Source: a virus. From it: a stretch of DNA of 64,000 bases. The notes under the pieces were generated by a model. The model searched no databases, was not told the DNA's origin, and saw only the letters and a list, made by a program, of their open reading frames with translations. The stretch is taken from the IMG/VR virus record IMGVR_UViG_2751185817_000001. One strand, given 5' to 3'. Below, piece by piece: positions 19,981-28,116 of this stretch (positions are counted from its first letter, which is position 1; each line of letters starts with the position of its first letter). The translations under genes were made by a program, and so were the position numbers.

Positions 19981-20565
19981 ATGAAGATCAAGATCGCTGG
20001 CCTCGATGGCTCGCTGCGAAACTTTGGCATCGCAAAGATGCTCTACGATCTCGACACCGGCACGCTCGAGGTCGACGACTTTCTCCTGATCCAGACGGAG
20101 AAAGAGCAGACCAAGAAGATGCGCGCGTCCTCTGACACCTATGAGCGTGCCAAGAAGCTCGCAGAGGAAGCCAATGAGTTCACCAAGGATTGCGTCGTTA
20201 CATTCGCCGAAGTTCCGTTCGGTGGGAAGTCCTACGACGCCGTGCTCGGCTTCGGCATTGTCATCGGCATCTACGCCTCGCTCAGTGTGCGGCCTGAAGA
20301 GGTCGCGCCGGCACAGACGAAGCTCGCTGCTGTCGGCACGCGCACCGCGTCCAAGGAAGAAATGATCCATTGGGCCTTCAACCTCTACCCGAACGCGCCG
20401 TGGCTGCTGCATCAGAAGAACGGCAAGGGCTACAAGAAGGGCGATCCGACGAACGCCAATGAGCACCTGGCCGACGGCTGCGGCGTCTGCCACGCCGGTA
20501 TCAAGCTTCCGAGCTTCAAGCAGGCAGTCCAGCTTCTCAAGGCGAGCCAGAAGCTCGCGGCATAA
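19981..20565 (+). CDS. RuvC-like Holliday junction resolvase
   Basis: IAGLDGSLRNFG, FAE, ASKEEM, EHLADG acidic catalytic pattern. Confidence 0.75.
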   Translation: MKIKIAGLDGSLRNFGIAKMLYDLDTGTLEVDDFLLIQTEKEQTKKMRASSDTYERAKKLAEEANEFTKDCVVTFAEVPFGGKSYDAVLGFGIVIGIYASLSVRPEEVAPAQTKLAAVGTRTASKEEMIHWAFNLYPNAPWLLHQKNGKGYKKGDPTNANEHLADGCGVCHAGIKLPSFKQAVQLLKASQKLAA

Positions 20566-20588
20566 ACGGCGCAAAATTCAAGCCTATG

Positions 20589-20608
20589 CAGTCAATCAAT
20601 ATTGATTT
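20589..20608 (+). promoter_or_regulatory. operator-like motif upstream of nrdJ
   Basis: cagtcaatcaatattgattt. Confidence 0.7.
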
Positions 20609-20642
20609 AGCATAGGCACCCTTTCGAAATCAGGAGTAAATT

Positions 20643-22982
20643 ATGATTCAGCACGCCGTTGCGAAGGAATACTTCGCCGGAATGGGTCAGGCTGTCGCCG
20701 ATCGCACCATCAACCGCAAAATCACCAATCCGGACGGCACGACACGCGTCGAAACCTGGGCTGACGTTTCCCGCCGTGTCGCCATGGGTAACGCGCTGCT
20801 GATGCCCGGCGCCTACGAGAGCTTCCACAACGACGGTCACACCAATGACGAGTGGGCTGCCAACCCGCCTGCCTTCGCGGTCGAGTTCGACCGGATGCAT
20901 CACCACCTGAAGCAGGCCTCGCTCCTGATGTCCGGTCGGCACCTGCAGCACGGCGACGAAACCCAGCCGACCCGCAACCAGGAAGTCTTTACCAACTGCT
21001 CGACCGCAGCCGCGACCTTCCTGCTGTTCTATCTGCTCCTCAACGGCTCTGGCGTCGGCCGCGCCTACGACGACGCGATGATCAAGGCAAACTACAATTT
21101 CATGCCGATCGTCGTTCCGACGATCGACTGGTCGCACCAGGACGTGCAACGCGGCCTTATCTCGGGTTACAAGACGCGCCGCGATGCCGAACACCTCTAT
21201 GCCGGCCGCAAGATCACCGTCTATGAAGTGCCCGACAGCCGCGAAGGCTGGGCAAAAGCGGTCGAAGTCATCGAGCGCATGACGTTCGAAAGACGCCGCG
21301 ACGAAGTTCTGATCCTCGAGTTCTCCGGCGTTCGTCACAACGGCGCCCCGATCAAGGGCATGCAGGGTCGCCCGGCGTCCGGACCTGGTCCGCTTATGTC
21401 GGCGATCGCCAATGTTGCGCTGCTGCGTGACGCAGGTATGGAGCCATGGCGCGCTGCCATGTATGCCGACCACTACTTCGCCGAATGCGTTCTCGTCGGT
21501 GGCGCACGCCGCGCGGCCCGCATGGCGACGAAGCACTGGAAGGACCGGACGATCTTCGGCTTCATCAATCTGAAGCGCGGTGGTTTCCTCTGGTCCTCGA
21601 ACAACTCGGTCACGATCGATGACGAGTTCCGCACCGCCTGTAAGCGGGTCCGCAATCAGCTTGGCGACGGCGATCTGACGAACTCGGTTGAACGTCTGGT
21701 CTTCCTGCGCGCCATCAATGCGATCACCGAGACCGAAGCGCATGCCTGGAAGGTGCTCATGGAGCTCGCCAAGGCATCCTACTTTGACGGCACTGGCGAA
21801 CCGGGCATCATCAATCAGGACAAGCTCACGCAGGTCAACGATGGCGTCGAGGATTACGTCGATGGTCTCTACGCCGGCTCCTCGCGCTTCCAGGTCGATG
21901 CTGAGACCGTGCCGCTGATGGCTGCGCTCGCAAAGGTCGTCATCGGCGTCAAATACACGATGATTACCAACCCCTGCGGCGAGATCACGCTGCTGATGCT
22001 CGGCGCCTACTGCGTCATCGCTGACGTGGTGCCTTTCCACGCGCAGAACGACGATGATGCAGAAGATGCCTTCCGCACGGCTGTCCGCGCCCTCATGCGG
22101 ACGAACACGATGGATTGCCTCTATCGGCGCGAGGTCAATCGCACGAACCGCATCGGCGTCGGTATTACCGGCTTTCACGAGTGGGTCTACAGCCGCTTCA
22201 AGTTCACCTGGCACGATATCGTCGATGAGGCGAAGTCGAAGGAAATGTGGATGATGCTGTCGCGCTTCAAGCGTGCCATCGTCGACGAAGCGGAGCAGTT
22301 CGCGAAGGTGCTCGGCGTTGTCGTCCCGCACACGAACACCACGTTCAAGCCTGCCGGCACGACCTCGAAGCTGTTCGGCCTCACTGAAGGCGCTCACCTG
22401 CCCTCGATGCGCGAGTTCATCCGCTGGGTGCAGTTCCGCAACGACGATCCGCTCGTCGCTGACTACGAGGCTATGGGTTATCCGGTGAAGCGTCTGAAGA
22501 CCTACGAAGGCACGACCGTCGTTGGCTTCCCGACCAAGCCGCGGATTTGCGAGCTCGACGGTGGCGCCTGGGTGGTGACGGCTGCCGAAGCCACGCCGGA
22601 GGAACAGTATGAGTTCCTGCGCCTGCTGGAGAAGTATTGGATCCATGGCGTCGACGCGAACGGCGAGTCCCTGGCTGAAGAAACGGGCAACCAGGTCAGC
22701 TACACGCTGAAATATGACCCGAAGGTTGTTACCTTCGAACACTTCCTGCACACGCTGATCGACGGCCAGTTCTCGATCCGTTGCTGCTCTGTGATGCCGC
22801 AGACCGATACCTCGGCCTATGAGTATCAGCCCGAGCAACCGGTGACGAAGCAGCAGTTCGAAATGATCGCGGCTGCGATCGAGAATGACAACGTGAAGGA
22901 AGACATCGGCTTCGAGCATGTGGATTGCGGCGCCGGCGCCTGCCCGATCGACTTCTCCGAAGGTCAGAAGGAGGCTGCGTAA
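20643..22982 (+). CDS. nrdJ: class II (B12-dependent) ribonucleotide reductase
   Basis: SGRHLQHG, FTNC, GSGVG, GGARRAA, TNPCGEI, IGVGITG, KPAGTTS, C-terminal CGAGACP; no nrdB in window. Confidence 0.85.
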   Translation: MIQHAVAKEYFAGMGQAVADRTINRKITNPDGTTRVETWADVSRRVAMGNALLMPGAYESFHNDGHTNDEWAANPPAFAVEFDRMHHHLKQASLLMSGRHLQHGDETQPTRNQEVFTNCSTAAATFLLFYLLLNGSGVGRAYDDAMIKANYNFMPIVVPTIDWSHQDVQRGLISGYKTRRDAEHLYAGRKITVYEVPDSREGWAKAVEVIERMTFERRRDEVLILEFSGVRHNGAPIKGMQGRPASGPGPLMSAIANVALLRDAGMEPWRAAMYADHYFAECVLVGGARRAARMATKHWKDRTIFGFINLKRGGFLWSSNNSVTIDDEFRTACKRVRNQLGDGDLTNSVERLVFLRAINAITETEAHAWKVLMELAKASYFDGTGEPGIINQDKLTQVNDGVEDYVDGLYAGSSRFQVDAETVPLMAALAKVVIGVKYTMITNPCGEITLLMLGAYCVIADVVPFHAQNDDDAEDAFRTAVRALMRTNTMDCLYRREVNRTNRIGVGITGFHEWVYSRFKFTWHDIVDEAKSKEMWMMLSRFKRAIVDEAEQFAKVLGVVVPHTNTTFKPAGTTSKLFGLTEGAHLPSMREFIRWVQFRNDDPLVADYEAMGYPVKRLKTYEGTTVVGFPTKPRICELDGGAWVVTAAEATPEEQYEFLRLLEKYWIHGVDANGESLAEETGNQVSYTLKYDPKVVTFEHFLHTLIDGQFSIRCCSVMPQTDTSAYEYQPEQPVTKQQFEMIAAAIENDNVKEDIGFEHVDCGAGACPIDFSEGQKEAA

Positions 22983-23200
22983 TGGGCTGGAAGATCGTTA
23001 GCCGCCCTGATTGCAAGTGGTGCACCCGCGCCAAAGCTCACCTGGCCGTCCGTGGCATCGACTTTGAAGAAGAGCACCTCGACACGCTCGAGGCGCAGCT
23101 CGCCTTCAAGGAGAGCACTGGTCACGACACCTTCCCACAGATTTGGGATGGTGATCAGCACGTCGGTGGCTTCTCACAACTGAGGATCCATCTGGCATAG
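22982..23200 (+). CDS. glutaredoxin (NrdH-like)
   Basis: CKWC active site, TFPQIW; adjacent to RNR. Confidence 0.9.
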   Translation: MGWKIVSRPDCKWCTRAKAHLAVRGIDFEEEHLDTLEAQLAFKESTGHDTFPQIWDGDQHVGGFSQLRIHLA

Positions 23201-23245
23201 TGCATAATCTGCATTTTGTCGCTTGAGTCCCATCGCTGCGCTTGC

Positions 23246-23266
23246 TAGTAAGTCATTATTGATTGA
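23246..23266 (+). promoter_or_regulatory. operator-like motif upstream of the RNA gene cluster
   Basis: tagtaagtcattattgattga flanked by GCTGCGCTTG/CAAGCGCAGC inverted repeat. Confidence 0.65.
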
Positions 23267-23384
23267 TCACAGATCAAGCGCAGCAACACAAACAGCGAGG
23301 TGCCGATGAAGAAGTAAGTGGCCGTCGGATTAAGTCCAAATTGATTGACCAAGACGAGCCGGGATCGTCAGAAAATAAGCCCGG

Positions 23385-23469
23385 CCCTTATGCGAACGGA
23401 TCGGATGACAGTTAGAGCGTAATCGCTGCTGAAAGCCGGTTCGCCCCGGTCGATCCGTTCTCATAAGGG
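23385..23469 (+). ncRNA. candidate tRNA-like structured RNA
   Basis: 19-bp stem with one mismatch (23385-403/23451-469) enclosing a T-arm-like GCCGG-TTCGCCC-CGGT and an AGCG-TAAT-CGCT hairpin. Confidence 0.5.
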
Positions 23470-23543
23470 AGTTGGTGCCGGAATTGGTTACGGGGCGGAT
23501 TGCAAATCCGTTCATGCGGGTTCGAGTCCCGTCCAGCTCTCCA
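23469..23543 (+). tRNA. tRNA-Cys(GCA)
   Basis: Acceptor GAGTTGG/CCAGCTC, anticodon arm GCGGA-TTGCAAA-TCCGT, T arm GCGGG-TTCGAGT-CCCGT, U73 discriminator, encoded CCA. Confidence 0.93.
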
Positions 23544-23716
23544 GAATTTCGCTCGAAAGGGCAACGAGACACCGGCCGCGAATTGACGCTGGCGAGTAAT
23601 GATAGCGCGGAGAAAGTCTTCGACAATCTGCGCTGTTGAGAATGGACGGGTTGGCTGCCTGTCCCGGTGGAAAGCTTTGTCGAAGGCAATAAATCAACAT
23701 TGATTGAGGAAGCGCA

Positions 23717-23986
23717 ATGTCTGCCACTATCCTTGAATTTATACCGCGACCGAAGCCCGAGCCGACGCCGGCCAAGCCCGAGATCACCGACGCCGAGTGT
23801 CATCTGCTCGACCGCGTGAAGGTCGTCACCGACCGTGCGCTCGACGTGATTAACTCCGGCAAGACGGTCGTTCGAGGCTTCCTCCAAGGCAAGCAGACGA
23901 TCGCGACCACGTTCACCCATAACGGTCGCGAATACCGCGCCAATGTCTTCCTTGAGGAAGTCAACGACGGCCCGAGGATCGCTTGA
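23717..23986 (+). CDS. hypothetical protein
   Basis: GAGGA RBS after operator at 23691. Confidence 0.7.
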   Translation: MSATILEFIPRPKPEPTPAKPEITDAECHLLDRVKVVTDRALDVINSGKTVVRGFLQGKQTIATTFTHNGREYRANVFLEEVNDGPRIA

Positions 23987-24183
23987 TGGGTCTGTCGACG
24001 AACGGCAAGCCAATCACGCCTTACGTCGGCTCCTGGGCCTGGGAAATGGAGCAGCGCCGTAAGCTTGGCGCTCTCCGCGAGGAAGCAACCGCCCTCTTCG
24101 TTCACGGCAGACACGCCGAGTTCATCGAACGCTCTGATGAAGCCGCAAATCTCGAAAGGAGACTAAAACGTGACCGATCGTAG
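23983..24183 (+). CDS. hypothetical protein
   Basis: Coupled small ORF. Confidence 0.6.
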   Translation: MMGLSTNGKPITPYVGSWAWEMEQRRKLGALREEATALFVHGRHAEFIERSDEAANLERRLKRDRS

Positions 24184-24406
24184 GATCACAAACAATCAGC
24201 CGGAGAAGACCGAGGATCGGTTGAAGCATCTCGCCGGCCTGATCCAGAAACTCACCTACTCCGAGATGAACGAGCTGGCGAAGCTCATTCACCAGGACGT
24301 CGACAACGACGCGGCGAACCTCGTTCCGGTCGGCTTGCTGAAGGTCTCCGAACGCATCCTCGCTGGCGGAAAGTCCGCTTCGAATAGCTTCGATGCCGGC
24401 GTTTGA
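24170..24406 (+). CDS. hypothetical protein
   Basis: GGAG RBS, GTG start. Confidence 0.65.
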   Translation: MTDRRITNNQPEKTEDRLKHLAGLIQKLTYSEMNELAKLIHQDVDNDAANLVPVGLLKVSERILAGGKSASNSFDAGV

Positions 24407-24611
24407 AGCATCAACTCCCTCATCGCGAGCCATCAGGGCTTTGCGGGCTCGAGCCAAGAAGCACAATGATCCGTATTTGGATTTTGTCGCTGACGAGTTC
24501 GAGCGAACCTACACCCTAATGCTTCAAGCGAGACGTGCGCTCATCCTTATGGAGAAGGCGGTGAAGTTTGGTTTGAAGCTCCCCGAAGAGAAAGTAGAGA
24601 AAGCACCTTGA
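24393..24611 (+). CDS. hypothetical protein
   Basis: Fills operon gap; stop overlaps thyA start. Confidence 0.45.
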   Translation: MPAFEASTPSSRAIRALRARAKKHNDPYLDFVADEFERTYTLMLQARRALILMEKAVKFGLKLPEEKVEKAP

Positions 24612-25606
24612 CCCTCCAACTCAAACAGCGCGTGACCAAGATCACCGGCGACTACAGCTTCGACGGCGCCATTGTCGCGGCATTCGACAAGCAGGATGGC
24701 AAGCAGCGCTTCGTCGTCGAGGATGATCGCGGCGCACTGCACATCTACAGCGAGAGCAATCTGCGACCGATCGGCAACATGGCTGATCACCAGTATCTCC
24801 GCGTCCTGAAGAAGCTCCTGGAGACCGGCGTCTACCGCGAAGGTCGCAACGGTGGCACCTATGGCCTGTTCGGCGAGCAGATGCGCTTCGACCTGTCCGA
24901 AGGCTTTCCGCTGCTGACGACTAAGAAGGTCCATTTCCATTCGATCGCGGTCGAGCTGCTGTGGTTCCTGCGCGGTGACACCAACATCAAATACCTGCAC
25001 GATCACAAGGTCTCGATCTGGGACGAATGGGCTGATGAGAACGGCGAGCTGGGGCCGGTCTATGGCTCGCAGTGGCGCTCATGGAAGACGAACCGTCTCG
25101 AGTCACACGGCGAGTTTGGCGATTGGATCGAGATCGACCAAATCAAGAACGTTATCGACGGCATCAAGCGTGATCCGCACGGTCGCCGGCACATCGTCTC
25201 GGCCTGGAACCCGGCTGAAGTTGATCAGATGGCGCTCCCGCCCTGTCACACCATGTTCCAGTTCCATGTCGCCAACGGCAAGCTGGGCTGCCAGCTCTAC
25301 CAGCGGAGCGCAGATTGGTTCTTGGGTGTTCCCTTCAACATCGCCTCATACGCGCTGCTGACGCACTTGATCGCTCGCGAAGTGGGTCTCCAGGTCGGCG
25401 ATTTCGTCCACACCTTCGGCGATCTGCATCTCTACGCCAACCACGTCGAGCAGGCGAAGGAGCAGTTGGGCCGCACGCCGAATAAGCTGCCGAAGCTCCT
25501 CATTAATCCGGACTTCGAAAAGCACCTCTTCGACCTCGAGCCGGGCGACTTCGCCATCGTCGACTACGACGCGCACCCTGCCATCAAGGCGCCTGTTTCC
25601 AAATAG
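24608..25606 (+). CDS. thyA: thymidylate synthase with ~55 aa N-terminal extension
   Basis: [64 protein letters not shown]. Confidence 0.96.
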   Translation: MTLQLKQRVTKITGDYSFDGAIVAAFDKQDGKQRFVVEDDRGALHIYSESNLRPIGNMADHQYLRVLKKLLETGVYREGRNGGTYGLFGEQMRFDLSEGFPLLTTKKVHFHSIAVELLWFLRGDTNIKYLHDHKVSIWDEWADENGELGPVYGSQWRSWKTNRLESHGEFGDWIEIDQIKNVIDGIKRDPHGRRHIVSAWNPAEVDQMALPPCHTMFQFHVANGKLGCQLYQRSADWFLGVPFNIASYALLTHLIAREVGLQVGDFVHTFGDLHLYANHVEQAKEQLGRTPNKLPKLLINPDFEKHLFDLEPGDFAIVDYDAHPAIKAPVSK

Positions 25607-25646
25607 GCGTCTACTCATCAATCAATCCTCACTTAGGAGAAATCAC

Positions 25647-26060
25647 TTGTCCACACTCAAGATCATCGGCTTCAGCCTCGCAGGTCTCGCCGGCCTTGCC
25701 ACCCTCTCGCTCGCAACAGGCGCATTCCAGTATGTCACTGCTCCGTTCTTCGGGCGCGTCCAGGCCGAGCGACAGATCGAGAGCGGCGCATCCCGCACCG
25801 CGCTCTACAACGAGTTCTTCGACCTGTGTGCCGGCGTCCAGGCGATCGAAGGGCAGATCGATGCCCAGACTGGCGTGCAGAGTGCCAACACCCAAATCAA
25901 CCTCGCCGGCCTGCAATCGCGCCGCAGCCAGGTGATCGCGCAATACAACGCCAACGCCTCGAAGAGCTACACCTCGGCGCGCTTCCACGACGCCAAGCTT
26001 CCCTATCAGCTCGTCGCGGGCACCTACACCGGTCAGAACAAGACCGCCTGCGCCCAGTAA
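25647..26060 (+). CDS. exported or membrane-anchored protein
   Basis: N-terminal hydrophobic segment; AGGAG RBS with TTG start. Confidence 0.65.
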   Translation: MSTLKIIGFSLAGLAGLATLSLATGAFQYVTAPFFGRVQAERQIESGASRTALYNEFFDLCAGVQAIEGQIDAQTGVQSANTQINLAGLQSRRSQVIAQYNANASKSYTSARFHDAKLPYQLVAGTYTGQNKTACAQ

Positions 26061-26092
26061 CCCATCCATCAAGCCAACAAGGAGATCCCAGC

Positions 26093-26668
26093 TTGAAATT
26101 CCTCTCTCGTATCGCGGCGTTCGTCGCCATCGGCCTCTCGGCCATCATCCTTTCGGCCTGTGAGCCGAGTTCGGCCAGCGACGCGCGCCAGGCAGCAGCC
26201 CGCGCCGAAACTGCCAACCGTGCGGCTCAGGATAACGTCATGGCGTCGGCAACCGCCAAGATCCCGGTCCCGGTGACGAAGAACTTCCTCGCCCGCAAGA
26301 ACCTCGCCGAATACATGAAGCGCATGGATGATCCGGCGAAGACCTGGTATGTTTATATCCTGGCCGACAACGGCGCCAAGCTCGGCTATTACGTCGCGTC
26401 GACCTACCCGCAGTCCTCTTGCTCATTCATGACGCCGCCCGAGCAGGTCAAGGAAGTGTCAGTGGGCGGTCAGGGCTCCAATCCCATCGCGATCACGTCT
26501 GCACCTTCGTTGATGGGCGTCTATTACAAGGGCGGTGGATGCGACAACACGTTCTTCTTCGATGCCAATTCCAGCGCGTTGATCATCCTCACCGGCGTCA
26601 ATACCTGGGCCTCTGACGTGCCTCTGAATATCGACGCTCCCCTGATCACGGTCGCGAAAACCCAGTAG
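26093..26668 (+). CDS. lipoprotein
   Basis: AGGAG RBS, TTG 26093; signal peptide with lipobox LSAC. Confidence 0.7.
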   Translation: MKFLSRIAAFVAIGLSAIILSACEPSSASDARQAAARAETANRAAQDNVMASATAKIPVPVTKNFLARKNLAEYMKRMDDPAKTWYVYILADNGAKLGYYVASTYPQSSCSFMTPPEQVKEVSVGGQGSNPIAITSAPSLMGVYYKGGGCDNTFFFDANSSALIILTGVNTWASDVPLNIDAPLITVAKTQ

Positions 26669-26696
26669 TAACCCGCAATTTTTGTCGCTAGAGTGC

Positions 26697-26714
26697 TCAG
26701 TAAATATTGATTGA
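26697..26714 (+). promoter_or_regulatory. operator-like motif
   Basis: tcagtaaatattgattga. Confidence 0.7.
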
Positions 26715-26741
26715 GCACTCTTTTTGTTTTAGGAGCTTGGC

Positions 26742-26942
26742 ATGGCAGACAACGAAAAGATCGACATTCACATTGACCACTATGTCGCCCAGCCAGGCGG
26801 CGTTGGTTACTACTACGCGGTCATGCCCTCACCCGAGCTCTTTGGTCCCTTCGACACGCCCGCCGACGCCAAAACGGCCGCTCTTGCAGCAGTCGAGCAA
26901 TCCGTCGCCCAGGCTCTCGCCTCAGCCCTCTTTGGAGAATGA
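26742..26942 (+). CDS. hypothetical protein
   Basis: AGGAG RBS after operator at 26697. Confidence 0.65.
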   Translation: MADNEKIDIHIDHYVAQPGGVGYYYAVMPSPELFGPFDTPADAKTAALAAVEQSVAQALASALFGE

Positions 26943-26943
26943 C

Positions 26944-27402
26944 ATGAGAATTGGATTCAAAGCCCTCCACCCCGACGCAGTTATGCCGAAATACGCCAAC
27001 GACCAGGCTGCCGGCGCCGATCTCGTCGCCAACATCAAGCTGACGCTCAACAACGAGCGTTTCACCGAGTTCACGCTCGATCCCGGCGAGCGCAAGCTGA
27101 TCAAGACTGGCGTTGCGCTCGAGATGCCACCTGGCATCTGGGCTGAGGTCCGCGGTCGCTCTGGTCTCGCCTATAACCAAGGCATCGCCATCCTCGGTGG
27201 CACGATCGACAGCGACTACCGCGGCGACATCGGCGTGATCATGCTCAACACCGGTGACGAGCCGTTTGTCGTCAAGCATGGCGAGCGCATCGCCCAGCTC
27301 GTCGTCGAGACCTATGTCCGCGGGCATTTCGTTGAAAAGGCAGAGCTGCGCGAGACGGCCCGCGGCGAAGGTGGTTTCGGTTCGACCGGGATGGCAGCCT
27401 GA
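26944..27402 (+). CDS. dut: trimeric dUTPase
   Basis: AAGADL, RGRSGLA, GTIDSDYRG, GERIAQL, RGEGGFGSTG. Confidence 0.96.
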   Translation: MRIGFKALHPDAVMPKYANDQAAGADLVANIKLTLNNERFTEFTLDPGERKLIKTGVALEMPPGIWAEVRGRSGLAYNQGIAILGGTIDSDYRGDIGVIMLNTGDEPFVVKHGERIAQLVVETYVRGHFVEKAELRETARGEGGFGSTGMAA

Positions 27403-28022
27403 TGCTCTATGGCGTTTGCGGAACTCATAGGTCGGGGAAAACCTCGACCGCAAAGCTTCTCGCCGAACAGCTTGGGGTCGAGTTTCTCGACTCCTCGTTC
27501 GATGTAGCCAAGAAGTTTGGCTACAATCCGGTCGGCAAGATGACGCTCGGCGAGCGCGTTGCGATGCAGGAGCTCGTTCTTGAGGACCATCTGGACAAGC
27601 TCAAGCACTCCCCTCGCCCGCTGATCACCGATCGCACGCCGCTCGACTACTTCGCCTATACGATGGCGCAGTTCGGCATGACCTCACACCTGGAGTGCGG
27701 CCAGGTCGTTCTCGAGGCGGCGCACAGGTTCGCAAAGCGCTGCCTGGAAGAGACGAAAGCCTACTACGACATGGTTTTCATCATGGATCCACTCGTCGTC
27801 TATGAGGTCGATCCCTCGAAGGCCACGCCAGCGGCGAATCCCGCTTTCCAACTGCACATTCACGCCCTCATTCACGGCGCGGTGTCGCAGATCCATCGCG
27901 ATATCAACTATGCAATGGTGCCGGTAATGCCGGTTCAGGATCGCGTCGACTTCATCGCTCAGGAGATCATCGAGCGCATGAACGATATCGACGACCTCAA
28001 GCAAAAAGCGGGAATGCACTGA
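27402..28022 (+). CDS. P-loop nucleotide kinase-like protein (AAA_28 / dNMP kinase-like)
   Basis: GVCGTHRSGKT, ITDRTPLDY. Confidence 0.7.
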   Translation: MLYGVCGTHRSGKTSTAKLLAEQLGVEFLDSSFDVAKKFGYNPVGKMTLGERVAMQELVLEDHLDKLKHSPRPLITDRTPLDYFAYTMAQFGMTSHLECGQVVLEAAHRFAKRCLEETKAYYDMVFIMDPLVVYEVDPSKATPAANPAFQLHIHALIHGAVSQIHRDINYAMVPVMPVQDRVDFIAQEIIERMNDIDDLKQKAGMH

Positions 28023-28065
28023 TCACCTGACAATGCCGCGCGCATCCCATGTGCGCGCGTGCTAT

Positions 28066-28083
28066 TCAGTAAATATTGATTGA
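28066..28083 (+). promoter_or_regulatory. operator-like motif upstream of rIIA
   Basis: tcagtaaatattgattga directly after GCTATT. Confidence 0.75.
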
Positions 28084-28116
28084 TCGAACAACGATCGACG
28101 CACGAAAGGAAACGCA

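Noticed and set aside
3252-22982. Inteins or introns in DnaE, RecA or NrdJ
   Set aside because: Lengths and motif spacing are normal; no C/S...HN-C/S/T splice junctions or LAGLIDADG segments seen.
24608-28022. Hypermodified-base pathway (ThyA homologue, kinases, HD nucleotidase)
   Set aside because: ThyA keeps the canonical dUMP-specific PFN asparagine, a normal dUTPase is present, and no glycosyltransferase or deazaguanine genes appear in the window.
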